Assembly (NCBI GenBank): GCA_023410715.1
Contig: JAEYPN010000014.1
Span: 21,032 to 85,031 of the forward strand
Length of the DNA: 64,000 nucleotides
Direction: 5' to 3'
Origin: Bacillota bacterium
GTDB lineage: Bacteria > Bacillota_I > Bacilli_A > Izemoplasmatales > UBA1188
The notes beneath the pieces are model-generated. The model searched no databases, was not told the origin of the DNA, and saw only the letters and a list, made by a program, of their open reading frames with translations. Below, one piece after another: positions 38,214-47,007 of the stretch. A program made the position numbers and the translations under genes. Positions within the stretch are counted from its first letter, which is position 1; the number at the start of each line of letters is the position of its first letter.

Positions 38214-39767
38214 ATGTTAAATAATTTTAATATAGAAGGAATTAAGTTTATAAAACCAAATAAAAAATTTATATTACATAGTTTAATATCTGATCATGTA
38301 GTCTTTCAATCAGATAAAGAAATTGAAATATTTGGTTTAGCCCAAGAAGGCACAATTATTTTAGTTAAACTTACCTCTGATAGTGATGAAAATATAAGTT
38401 ATGAAGGTTACACTTTAGTTGATGAAACACACGAATGGATGATTAAACTTCCAGCACTCACTTCATCATTTAATACCTATACCTTAACTGTTTCTGATAC
38501 AGTTAATACGGAAGTTGTTAAGGATATATTAATTGGTGAAGTGTGGGTTCTTGCTGGTCAATCAAACATGGGAATTAGAGTAAAGGAAATGGATGAGGGA
38601 TTAGTTACAATGGCATTAGCCAATGAAAAATTTATTCGCATCTTTTACCAAGATGAATCTTTAAATGCTGAGGAATATCCATATTTAAAAGACTATGATG
38701 TTAAAGGTGGAATATGGAAAAAAGCTGATAGTGGCGAAAATATTGCAACTTGTAGCGCTGTTGGTTACACTTTTGCTTATGAATTATTTAATAGGCTTAA
38801 TAGTGAATCTAATCATGTTCCTTTAGCAATTATCAATACCCAAAAGGGCGGAAGTAGTATTCATGCCTGGTTAGATAGGGATATAGTACTTAAAAATGAG
38901 CACATTAAAAATTTTGTATTAAGTAAAAATTATTCACTTGATGATGATAAATGGAATACTTTTGACAAAAAAAATTATAATCAGGTTTCAGCTCTATTTA
39001 ATAGAAGAGTGGCACCTTTGATGAAAAAAAGTATTAAGGGTATTATCTTTTATCAAGGTGAAAATGATCCATACTATGATCCAATGATTTATTCACTTAG
39101 AGAATTAATTGATAGTTATAGTAGAGGATTTAATAAGAATGATGACTTGCTTTATTTTGGATTAATAGAGCTCCATCCATATGATGGGGTAGATTATATA
39201 CTTGGACCATCAGAAAAAAAATATAACGTTTTGGGCTTCGCTCAACATAGGCAAGCACAAATAAACGTGGCCTTAGATAAGAAATATCAAGAACACGTGA
39301 CGATTATTCCTATTTATGACATAAGTCTTAAATGGAATGTAGAAAAGTCACAATTTGCCTATACATCTCTTTTACATCCAGTGTGTAAAAAGCCGGTAGG
39401 AAAAAGAACTGGTCAAATTATTTATAGCTTCTGTTATGCTAAAGATGATAGATATTTAGCCCCTATTTATGATACACATGAATATGATCAAAATTCTATT
39501 ACAATTACCTTAAAAAATGTTGGTGATGGCCTTTTAACTTTTAAAAATTCTAGTGAAGGTATCACAACTGTTGAAGTAATCTTAAATAACAAAGAAAGAG
39601 TTAGTGTTAAAGCGGAAATCATTAGCAAAAATCAGATTAGAATAACAAATGTAAATACCGCTAATGTATTAAAATTTGCATACAGTAACTTTTCAAGAAA
39701 TGAAGAAAGTAACTTAGCAAATAGTGAAAAAATTCCTGCTTTACCATTTGTAATTAGTTTAAGGTAA
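38214..39767 (+). CDS. Cytoplasmic SASA/DUF303-type carbohydrate O-acetylesterase (tandem paralogue without signal peptide)
   Basis: Collinear with 36431-38194 from the FxLHSLIxxHxVFQ segment onward. GEVWVLAGQSNMG and FYQGENDP. No signal sequence. Confidence 0.8.
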   Translation: MLNNFNIEGIKFIKPNKKFILHSLISDHVVFQSDKEIEIFGLAQEGTIILVKLTSDSDENISYEGYTLVDETHEWMIKLPALTSSFNTYTLTVSDTVNTEVVKDILIGEVWVLAGQSNMGIRVKEMDEGLVTMALANEKFIRIFYQDESLNAEEYPYLKDYDVKGGIWKKADSGENIATCSAVGYTFAYELFNRLNSESNHVPLAIINTQKGGSSIHAWLDRDIVLKNEHIKNFVLSKNYSLDDDKWNTFDKKNYNQVSALFNRRVAPLMKKSIKGIIFYQGENDPYYDPMIYSLRELIDSYSRGFNKNDDLLYFGLIELHPYDGVDYILGPSEKKYNVLGFAQHRQAQINVALDKKYQEHVTIIPIYDISLKWNVEKSQFAYTSLLHPVCKKPVGKRTGQIIYSFCYAKDDRYLAPIYDTHEYDQNSITITLKNVGDGLLTFKNSSEGITTVEVILNNKERVSVKAEIISKNQIRITNVNTANVLKFAYSNFSRNEESNLANSEKIPALPFVISLR

Positions 39768-39803
39768 AGATTACAGATTATCATTACTAAAAAGGACAAT
39801 AAC

Positions 39804-39830
39804 GACCAATTTATAGATTGGTCTTATTTA
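39804..39830 (+). terminator. Intrinsic terminator ending the long operon
   Basis: Stem GACCAAT / ATTGGTC, 6-nt loop, then TTATTT. Confidence 0.55.
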
Positions 39831-39893
39831 ATAAAGAAAATTTTTGTGAATTTGCAGATAGTATATTTACTGTAATGAAGAAACGAGGAAAGA

Positions 39894-41189
39894 ATGTATA
39901 CATATATTAAAGAACTTATAACCAATAACGTTTATGATGTCATCGTTATTGGTGGTGGACCTTCAGGTGTTGCTGCCGCTGCTGCAGCAGGAAGAGAAGG
40001 TAGTAAAACATTATTAATTGAGTCAACATCAACTTTAGGGGGGATGGGAACCATTGGTCTTGTATCAATATGGTGTCATTTTTCTGATAAAGAAAAAATT
40101 ATTTATCGTTCATTAGCTGAAAAAGTTTTAAGAGAATCAAAAAAGAATGTTATAAATGTTTCAGAAGATAGGATTGATGGTGTACCAATTGATTCAGAAG
40201 CATTAAAAAGAGTATATGATAACTTATTGAAAGAATATAATGTTGATATTCTATTTAATACAACACTTTGTGATTGCATAAAAGAAAACGATGAAATAAA
40301 AGGAATAATTATCAATAACAAACAAGGTTTACAGGTTTATAATGCCAAGATCTTTATTGATACAACTGGGGATGCCGATTTAGTAGCAATGGCAGGACTA
40401 GAAACTAATAAAGATGAAAAATTAATCCAACCATCAACGTTATGTTTTGTTATTTCTAATGTTAATATTTCTGAATATTATAAATTTGGTAATCTTCATG
40501 GTTCTAACCCTAACAGTATTATCCATAAAATTATTGCGGATAAAAAATATCCATTAATTGATGGTCATGTATGTGCTGGTCTTGTTGGCCCCAACACTTT
40601 AAGCTTTAATGCAGGTCATGTTCCTAATGTGGATGTGACTAATCCAATTGAATATTCAAAAGGAATGATTAAAGGTAGAGAAACTGCTCGTCAATATCAT
40701 GAAGCTTTAAAAGAATATTTACCAGAAGCATTTAAAGATTCGTTTTTGGTGGAAACAGCTCCATCACTAGGAATTAGAGAATCAAGAAGAATTATCGGTG
40801 ATTATATTTTAAATCTCGATGATTATGCCGAAAGAAGAATATTTAATGATGAAATTGGCCGTTCATCATATCCAATTGATGTACATGGCAATGCCAATGC
40901 GGCAAAACCTAGTGGTAAATATGCTCATTATGGCGTTGGGGAATCATTTGGTATACCTTATAGAACTTTAACACCAAAGGGCTTAAAAAATGTTCTAGTG
41001 GCTGGTAAAGCGATATCTGCTGATAGAATGGCTCAAGGATCAATACGAGTAATGGGCGTATGCTTAGTAACGGGTGAAGCTGCTGGTACCGCATCTTCAT
41101 TTGCATTAAACAATAATAATGATGTTCATAGTATTGACACTAATAAACTTAGAGATAAACTAAGAAGCTATGGTGCATATTTTAAATAA
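39894..41189 (+). CDS. FAD-dependent oxidoreductase, paralogue 4 (closest to paralogue 3)
   Basis: YDVIVIGGGPSGVAAA. The run LGGMGTIGLVSIWCHFSDKEKIIYRS is almost identical to paralogue 3. C-terminal GKAIS..QGSIRVMGVCLVTGEAAG. Confidence 0.85.
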   Translation: MYTYIKELITNNVYDVIVIGGGPSGVAAAAAAGREGSKTLLIESTSTLGGMGTIGLVSIWCHFSDKEKIIYRSLAEKVLRESKKNVINVSEDRIDGVPIDSEALKRVYDNLLKEYNVDILFNTTLCDCIKENDEIKGIIINNKQGLQVYNAKIFIDTTGDADLVAMAGLETNKDEKLIQPSTLCFVISNVNISEYYKFGNLHGSNPNSIIHKIIADKKYPLIDGHVCAGLVGPNTLSFNAGHVPNVDVTNPIEYSKGMIKGRETARQYHEALKEYLPEAFKDSFLVETAPSLGIRESRRIIGDYILNLDDYAERRIFNDEIGRSSYPIDVHGNANAAKPSGKYAHYGVGESFGIPYRTLTPKGLKNVLVAGKAISADRMAQGSIRVMGVCLVTGEAAGTASSFALNNNNDVHSIDTNKLRDKLRSYGAYFK

Positions 41190-41284
41190 AGATTAAAGTC
41201 TAATTATTTTACTTAGTTTTTTAAAATATAATGACATATTAAGACAAATAGTCTATAATATGAATCAAATATGGGGTGAAGTTA

Positions 41285-42190
41285 ATGAGATATTTAATTT
41301 TTGGTGGAGCAAATATTGATATTAATGCTAAAGTTTTAAATAAAATAAATTTACGTGATTCCAATGTTGGCAAAATGAACTTTTCTTATGGCGGGGTTGG
41401 GAGAAATATTACTGAAAATTTAAGTAGACTTGTTAATGATGTTTATTTTATCAGTGTCTTTAGTAATGATGCAATTAGTAAAACAATGTATAATCAGCTT
41501 TTAGATTTAGGTGTTAACTTAAATTATTCGATCTTCGTTGATGATTCTCCTTCATGTTACTTAAATTTGATGGATGATAATAATGATTTATACTTAGGAA
41601 TATCTTCGATGGAAAGCATTAATAAAATGGATTTAAAAATGATTAAAGATATTCCAATAAATGAAGATGACATTATTATTTTCGAAGCAAACCTAAAAGA
41701 AGAAATTATTGATTATCTATGTAGTTTAAATAACTATAAGGTTGTGGATACAATTTCTTGTACGAAAGCTTTAAAAATTAAGAATTATTTAAAAAATATA
41801 TCACTATTAAAAACTAATGTTCTTGAAGCACAAGCAATTTTAGGAGAATATGAACCGTTTTTTATGGCTAATTTATTCTATAATTTTGGCATAAAAGAAG
41901 TTTTAATAAGCAATGGAAAAGATGGGCTTGTATACCGTGGTAAGGAAGGCTTATTTTATATAAGACATAAAATTGTAACACCTAAAAGTTCAAATGGAGC
42001 AGGGGATGCCTTGCTTTCTGGTTATGTTTCTGCCATTCAAAAAGGCTTTGATGAAAAAATAAAAGTGGGAATTGCTTCAAGCTTAATAACTCTTGATAGT
42101 GATTTTGCCTGTTCAAATGAATTATCAATGAGCAAGATTAAAGAAGTATTAGATGACGATATAAATCTTCTAATTCAAAAAATAAATTAG
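41285..42190 (+). CDS. PfkB-family carbohydrate/nucleoside kinase
   Basis: FGGANIDI near the N-terminus, GGVGRNI, and C-terminal NGAGDALLSG (PfkB signature 2). The ORF opens at GTG 41276; the ATG at 41285 has the better RBS spacing. Confidence 0.8.
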   Translation: MRYLIFGGANIDINAKVLNKINLRDSNVGKMNFSYGGVGRNITENLSRLVNDVYFISVFSNDAISKTMYNQLLDLGVNLNYSIFVDDSPSCYLNLMDDNNDLYLGISSMESINKMDLKMIKDIPINEDDIIIFEANLKEEIIDYLCSLNNYKVVDTISCTKALKIKNYLKNISLLKTNVLEAQAILGEYEPFFMANLFYNFGIKEVLISNGKDGLVYRGKEGLFYIRHKIVTPKSSNGAGDALLSGYVSAIQKGFDEKIKVGIASSLITLDSDFACSNELSMSKIKEVLDDDINLLIQKIN

Positions 42191-42192
42191 TT

Positions 42193-42675
42193 ATTGTTTT
42201 TATAAATTATAAAGGATTTCTTGCTAAGTATGATGATGGTAAAAAAACGTTCTTTAACAGAGTAAAAACAGCTAGTAACTTTGGTAGATAAATATCTTTA
42301 CAATATGTTCATGCCAATATAAGATATATTGTTGAAGCAATGGCTAACTTAGGTAATGGGAAACGTGTATATCAAGGCTTACAAGTGATTAACCCAAATA
42401 AAATCAAAGACTTTGTTAAAAAAGATTTAGGTTTTAATATCATTAATGATAGTTTAGTTTTATCATCACTTTTAAATAAAGAAAATAATAAAGTAATTTA
42501 TGCTTATAAAGAAAAGTAATTACATATAATTTATTATCCAAACCACAAAGAATTTAAGGTAATTTTAAATAACCAAGAGTTATTAGAAACAACTTCAAAT
42601 ATTTATGGTAAAAAAGCTTTAGTAAAAGATAATTTACTTTTAAGCAAAAATATTATTGAGATTTACTTAAATTAA
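42193..42675 (+). pseudogene. Decayed 3' remnant of a gene (single frame interrupted by two in-frame TAA codons)
   Basis: One frame reads through about 160 codons with protein-like composition (..HANIRYIVEAMANLGNGKRVYQGLQVINPNK.. and ..YYPNHKEFKVILNNQELLETTSNIYGKKALV..). It is broken by TAA at 42289-42291 and 42517-42519. There is no start codon or N-terminal part. Confidence 0.5.
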
Positions 42676-42715
42676 GAATATAATTATATTAAAAAATAAG
42701 GTGTAGGAGAAAACT

Positions 42716-42979
42716 ATGAGTAAAAGAAAAAGTAATGAAAATTTAGTTGGTTTATTGTCATTTGTTGCCCTGTTAATTTCAGGTGTATGTTTTATCTTAC
42801 ATGGTCTAGATATTGGTAATGGGTTGTTATCAATCATTGGCGATGTATGTTTAGTAATAGTTGTGCTTTATTCAGCTTGGAGTTTTGCTAGGGGTCTAAA
42901 AAAAGCATGGCGAATTACTTATTTTATTTTAGCAATTTTAGTAATTGTGGGATTAGTATTTGGTGGATTCAGTTTATAA
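42716..42979 (+). CDS. Small membrane protein (3 predicted TM helices), unknown function
   Basis: 87 aa, AGGAG RBS, hydrophobic segments. Confidence 0.6.
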   Translation: MSKRKSNENLVGLLSFVALLISGVCFILHGLDIGNGLLSIIGDVCLVIVVLYSAWSFARGLKKAWRITYFILAILVIVGLVFGGFSL

Positions 42980-42993
42980 AAAAAACAGTAAAT

Positions 42994-43725
42994 CTACTTT
43001 GTCTTTGTAACTTTCAAAATTAGATTTCCGCTTTTTGATTTTCCTAAAACACTAATTAATTTTATACGGCCTTTTTTCCTAACAGAGATTAGGTCGTTTT
43101 CTTTTGCAATTTTTGAGCCATCTTTGATTAATTCATGATTTAACTTAACAAACTCACTATTTATAAACTCTTTAACCAAATCACGTGACATAAAATAAGT
43201 TTTAGCAATGATTAGATCAATCCGCATAGAATTGATGAAAATGTTAATTTCCTCAGCGTTATCTTTAATTTCTTCAATTTCCTCTATTTCAACAAGTGAA
43301 ATTGGTTTAAAATTTATTTCTTTAAAGTTATCTATAATAAACTCTTTTAAGCTGTTACAAACTAGGAAGTAGGCATTATCACTAATGATAATATCGCCAA
43401 TCATCTCCCTTTTAATTCCTAAAGACATAAGCGTTCCTAAAACATTTCTATGGGTAACTTCTAAAAATTTAGGATTATAGTTGATTTTAAAAATTGCTAT
43501 TTCAAAATCAGGTGTTTCATCTGTTAAAGATAAATAAGCTCTTTTATATTCTGCATTTGGATATCCACCTGAAAATGTTAAATTAATATTTTCATGAACT
43601 ACTGCTTTTTCAAACAGATCTTGTTCCTCACTTGTTAAAAAGTTGGTTAGATAAAAACCTCTTTTATTTGTTTGTGACAAAATATCTTTAATTCTTTTTA
43701 ATAAATTTTCATCCATGAATATCAC
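42994..43725 (-). CDS. ylmH: YlmH-like RNA-binding protein with S4 domain
   Basis: N-terminal FLTSEEQ motif and a C-terminal S4-like segment. The start is either GTG 43725 or ATG 43716. Confidence 0.65.
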   Translation of the reverse strand: MIFMDENLLKRIKDILSQTNKRGFYLTNFLTSEEQDLFEKAVVHENINLTFSGGYPNAEYKRAYLSLTDETPDFEIAIFKINYNPKFLEVTHRNVLGTLMSLGIKREMIGDIIISDNAYFLVCNSLKEFIIDNFKEINFKPISLVEIEEIEEIKDNAEEINIFINSMRIDLIIAKTYFMSRDLVKEFINSEFVKLNHELIKDGSKIAKENDLISVRKKGRIKLISVLGKSKSGNLILKVTKTK

Positions 43726-43820
43726 CAGAATAATTATATAGAATAATCAAAAAATAATCTAGGTTAAACTTTACAAAACAATAAAAAAAATATACAATGT
43801 TAATGAATTGAGGTTATTAT

Positions 43821-44396
43821 ATGAGAATTGTTTTTTTAGGTTCGTCCGTTTTTGCCCAAAACCGTGATCAAAACGATCCGAAATCATTGGGAAACGGTTT
43901 TATAAAATTACTAGATGACTATGGAAAAGAGCATAATCTAAATCTAGAAATTTACAACTTAGGGGTTAATGGAGAGATAGTTAAAGAGCATCTAGAAAGA
44001 ATTGAGGAAGTAACAAGTTTAAAACCAGATTTACTGTTTTACTCGATTTCAACAAATGATGCGACAAGGGAACTATATGAGGATAAATTAATTGATGATA
44101 AGGGCTTACTTGATGATTTTGAAAAAATAATTAATAAAGCAATCAGTAATAATATAAAAGTTTGTGTAATTGAACCATTTATTATTGCAAAAAAGAATTA
44201 TGATATTGTTTTTTTACCAAAAATTGATTTAACAAGAGAATATGCGAAAAAGCACCATATTGATTATTTGGAAACCAATGGCTTTTTAAATAAGTTGGGG
44301 ACAGATTATGCCATTGATGGTATTCATCCATCAGCAGTTGGTAATAAGTTATTATTTTCCATGATTAAAAATTACTTGGAGAGCGTGATGAAATGA
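43821..44396 (+). CDS. SGNH/GDSL-family hydrolase
   Basis: FLGSS near the N-terminus, STNDA block, and DGIHPS catalytic His block. Confidence 0.75.
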   Translation: MRIVFLGSSVFAQNRDQNDPKSLGNGFIKLLDDYGKEHNLNLEIYNLGVNGEIVKEHLERIEEVTSLKPDLLFYSISTNDATRELYEDKLIDDKGLLDDFEKIINKAISNNIKVCVIEPFIIAKKNYDIVFLPKIDLTREYAKKHHIDYLETNGFLNKLGTDYAIDGIHPSAVGNKLLFSMIKNYLESVMK

Positions 44397-45589
44397 TTGA
44401 TGTACTAATTCTTGGCGCTGGAGCTAGTGGCCTTGCTTCTTCTATTTTAATAAAAAGAAATAATCCACATCTAGATGTGGTTATTTTAGAAAAAATGAAA
44501 GAAGTAGGAAAAAAGGTTAAGGCAACAGGAAATGGTCGTTGTAATATTGGTAATTTAAATTTAGATAAATTTCTTTACAACAATCCGGAATTTATGGAAA
44601 AAGTCTTAGAACAAGTAACAATTGAAAAATATAAAGAATTTTTTATGAGCCTTGGCATCGTTTTAAAAGAAGACGAAGAAGGAAGACTTTATCCATACTG
44701 TGAATCAGCAAAACAGGTAGTTGACATTTTATATAACGAAGCAAGAAGACTTAAAGTAAAAGTAATGACGGGGACTCAAGTTTTAAATATTAAAACAAAT
44801 GGAAACTTTAAAGTTATAACAAATAATAAAGAATTTGAAGCAAAAAATTTAATTATCGCAACTGGTGGAGCTACTTATAAAGTGTTTGGAACAGATGGTG
44901 CGATGTTTGATATTTTAAAAAATTTAAAAATAACAGTAAGAAAAAGCTTGCCAGGTCTTGTACCTTTAAAAATTAAAGAAGAGCTTGAAGGGGTAAGAAA
45001 AGAAGCACAAGTTAAGTTATATAGTAGCAACAAACTTGTTTATTTAGAAGTTGGCGAAGTTCAATTTAGAAAAAATATTATCTCTGGTATTGTTATCTTT
45101 AATATTTCATCAGTTATAACTAGAAATCGCTATAAAGACGTCGTTCTTGAATTAGATTTAATGATGGAATATAGCGAATGTGAACTTTACATGCTTTTAA
45201 AAAACATTAAAGAATTACGACAAAATGATTTTATTGATATTGCACTAAGTGGCTTATTTAATATAGTACTTTTAAAATTCATTTTAGATAAAGCGGGTAT
45301 TACATACGAACATAAAGTTATGTCTTTATTAACTGATGAAGAAATTAAGAGTTTAACAAAAACGATTAAATGTCTAGTCTTTGAACCACTTGGTACATCA
45401 ACTCTTGATGATGGACAAGTTACTATTGGTGGCGTTGAAATAAAAGAAATAAGTGATAATTTTGAATCAAAGAAAATTAAGAATTTATATGTTTTAGGTG
45501 AAGCACTAGATATTGATGGTTTATGTGGTGGGTATAACTTATACTTTGCTTTTGCAAGTGCGATAATTAATGCTAATAATTTTAAATAA
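44393..45589 (+). CDS. HI0933/BaiN-family flavoprotein (NAD(P)/FAD-dependent oxidoreductase)
   Basis: VLILGAGASGLAS dinucleotide motif and the family-typical KATGNGRCNIGN. ATGA overlap with the upstream gene. Confidence 0.85.
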   Translation: MIDVLILGAGASGLASSILIKRNNPHLDVVILEKMKEVGKKVKATGNGRCNIGNLNLDKFLYNNPEFMEKVLEQVTIEKYKEFFMSLGIVLKEDEEGRLYPYCESAKQVVDILYNEARRLKVKVMTGTQVLNIKTNGNFKVITNNKEFEAKNLIIATGGATYKVFGTDGAMFDILKNLKITVRKSLPGLVPLKIKEELEGVRKEAQVKLYSSNKLVYLEVGEVQFRKNIISGIVIFNISSVITRNRYKDVVLELDLMMEYSECELYMLLKNIKELRQNDFIDIALSGLFNIVLLKFILDKAGITYEHKVMSLLTDEEIKSLTKTIKCLVFEPLGTSTLDDGQVTIGGVEIKEISDNFESKKIKNLYVLGEALDIDGLCGGYNLYFAFASAIINANNFK

Positions 45590-45647
45590 GAATTTATTTT
45601 GTATAATTATTGATAAATAATAAAATAAGGTTATAATATTAAGTGAA

Positions 45648-45728
45648 ATATGTGGGGAGCCAATTGGCTGAGAGGTTATAAAAATAACGACCCAAGAACC
45701 TGAACTAGGTAATGCTAGCGGAGGAACA
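45648..45728 (+). promoter_or_regulatory. TPP (THI-box) riboswitch
   Basis: GGGGAGCC..GGCTGAGAGG..GACCCAAGAACCTGAACTAGGTAATGCTAGCGGAGGAA matches the conserved CUGAGA, ACCUGA and GGUAAUGC..GCG elements of the TPP aptamer. It lies directly upstream of a thiT-like gene. Confidence 0.85.
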
Positions 45729-45747
45729 TATCATGATATGTTTTTTT
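45726..45747 (+). terminator. Putative riboswitch expression-platform terminator
   Basis: Short AT-rich stem ACATAT / ATATGT, CATG loop, 6-7 T run immediately after the aptamer. Confidence 0.45.
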
Positions 45748-45792
45748 GACATTTACCTAACTTCTGGTGAATGTTTTTTTTTGGAGGACAAC

Positions 45793-46386
45793 ATGAAAAA
45801 AACTGAAGTTTTAGTAGAAATTTCAATATTTGCAGCATTAGGTTGGATTTTAGATTTTATTCAAGGTTTGTATTCAGATTTTATTCCCTTTTTAGCTAAT
45901 GGTGGTTCAATTGGTATTGCCATGATTGCGGTGATTATCATCTCTTTAAGAAGAGGAACTAAGGCTGGTTTAGCTACAGGACTTATCTTAGGTATTTTAG
46001 ACGCTATTGATGGTAATATGTGGATTTCTCCACTTGTTAATACTTGGTATGGTGCACTACTTCAAATATGCTTTGACTATATCTTTGCTTGGATGGTTGT
46101 CGGATTAGCTGGATTGTTTAGAAATAAAGTATTAAATAATCGAGGAAAAAAGAGAGTTTTATATATTGTTCTTGCTTGTTTAATTGGCGCTTTTGGTAAA
46201 TATATGTTTCATTTCTTATCAGGTGTATTCTTTTGGGAGGTTCCAGAGAATATCAAGATGGTTAAGTTTATATATTCCATGTTATATAATTTACTTTATA
46301 TTGGGCCTAGTTTTATTTTATGTAGTTTAGTTTTATCAATTATCGATCATAAACAAGAAACAATTATTAGTGGGGTAGGAAGATGA
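45793..46386 (+). CDS. thiT: Thiamine transporter, ECF-type S component ThiT
   Basis: The ATG at 45793 follows GGAGGA; the ORF-track start at 45712 would run through the riboswitch. About 6 TM helices. Controlled by the TPP riboswitch. Confidence 0.8.
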   Translation: MKKTEVLVEISIFAALGWILDFIQGLYSDFIPFLANGGSIGIAMIAVIIISLRRGTKAGLATGLILGILDAIDGNMWISPLVNTWYGALLQICFDYIFAWMVVGLAGLFRNKVLNNRGKKRVLYIVLACLIGAFGKYMFHFLSGVFFWEVPENIKMVKFIYSMLYNLLYIGPSFILCSLVLSIIDHKQETIISGVGR

Positions 46387-46562
46387 AAAAATTTGTCATT
46401 ATACTAGTCGGTTCAATCAATTTAATTTATAGTATTTTCAAGCTTATTTCAGAAGCCACAAGAGACGAATGGGGAATATATTACAATAAAGATTATGTGG
46501 TCTGGATTATCAGTAGTCTCCTTGTTTTAAGTATTGGCTTATTAACAAAGAATAATGAGTAA
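46383..46562 (+). CDS. Small (59 aa) two-TM membrane protein, translationally coupled to thiT
   Basis: Not in the ORF track (below its size cut-off). ATGA overlap with the thiT stop. MKKFVIILVGSINLIYSIF...VVWIISSLLVLSIGLL. Confidence 0.4.
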   Translation: MKKFVIILVGSINLIYSIFKLISEATRDEWGIYYNKDYVVWIISSLLVLSIGLLTKNNE

Positions 46563-47007
46563 ATCGAATGTGTTAAAAAAGGTTTTCTAAAGTAAATAAA
46601 GAAAAAATAGAATAATTAAATAAGCTTTATTAGAAGTTAGCATAATACCTATATTAATGATGTTTTGAGTCCAATTTCTTTTGTAATATCTAATTATTGT
46701 AGTTATAAATATATCCTTTAATTTTATTTATAATACTAGCTTACTTTTTTATGAAAAATTAATCTTTTATTGTTTCTTAGAATAATTCTATTGATCAATT
46801 AGCATACCATTTGTAAATCGTGATACTAATTGATTTATTCATAATTGGTCAATATTTTTAAGGTACGTTAAAATTATTAATTACTAGGAAATATAGAATC
46901 TCGAAGGACTTTTTTAGATTGTTAAATAAAATGTGTCAAAGACAAGTTTATGGCTATGGCACATTTCTTTATTTTATGTTATAATATAAAAAGTTTTGGT
47001 GAAAATT

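Noticed and set aside
41285-42190. Naming the PfkB kinase as pseudouridine kinase (psuK) or ribokinase
   Set aside because: Only the generic PfkB motifs are visible. There is no adjacent psuG or ribose transporter, so its specificity cannot be supported.
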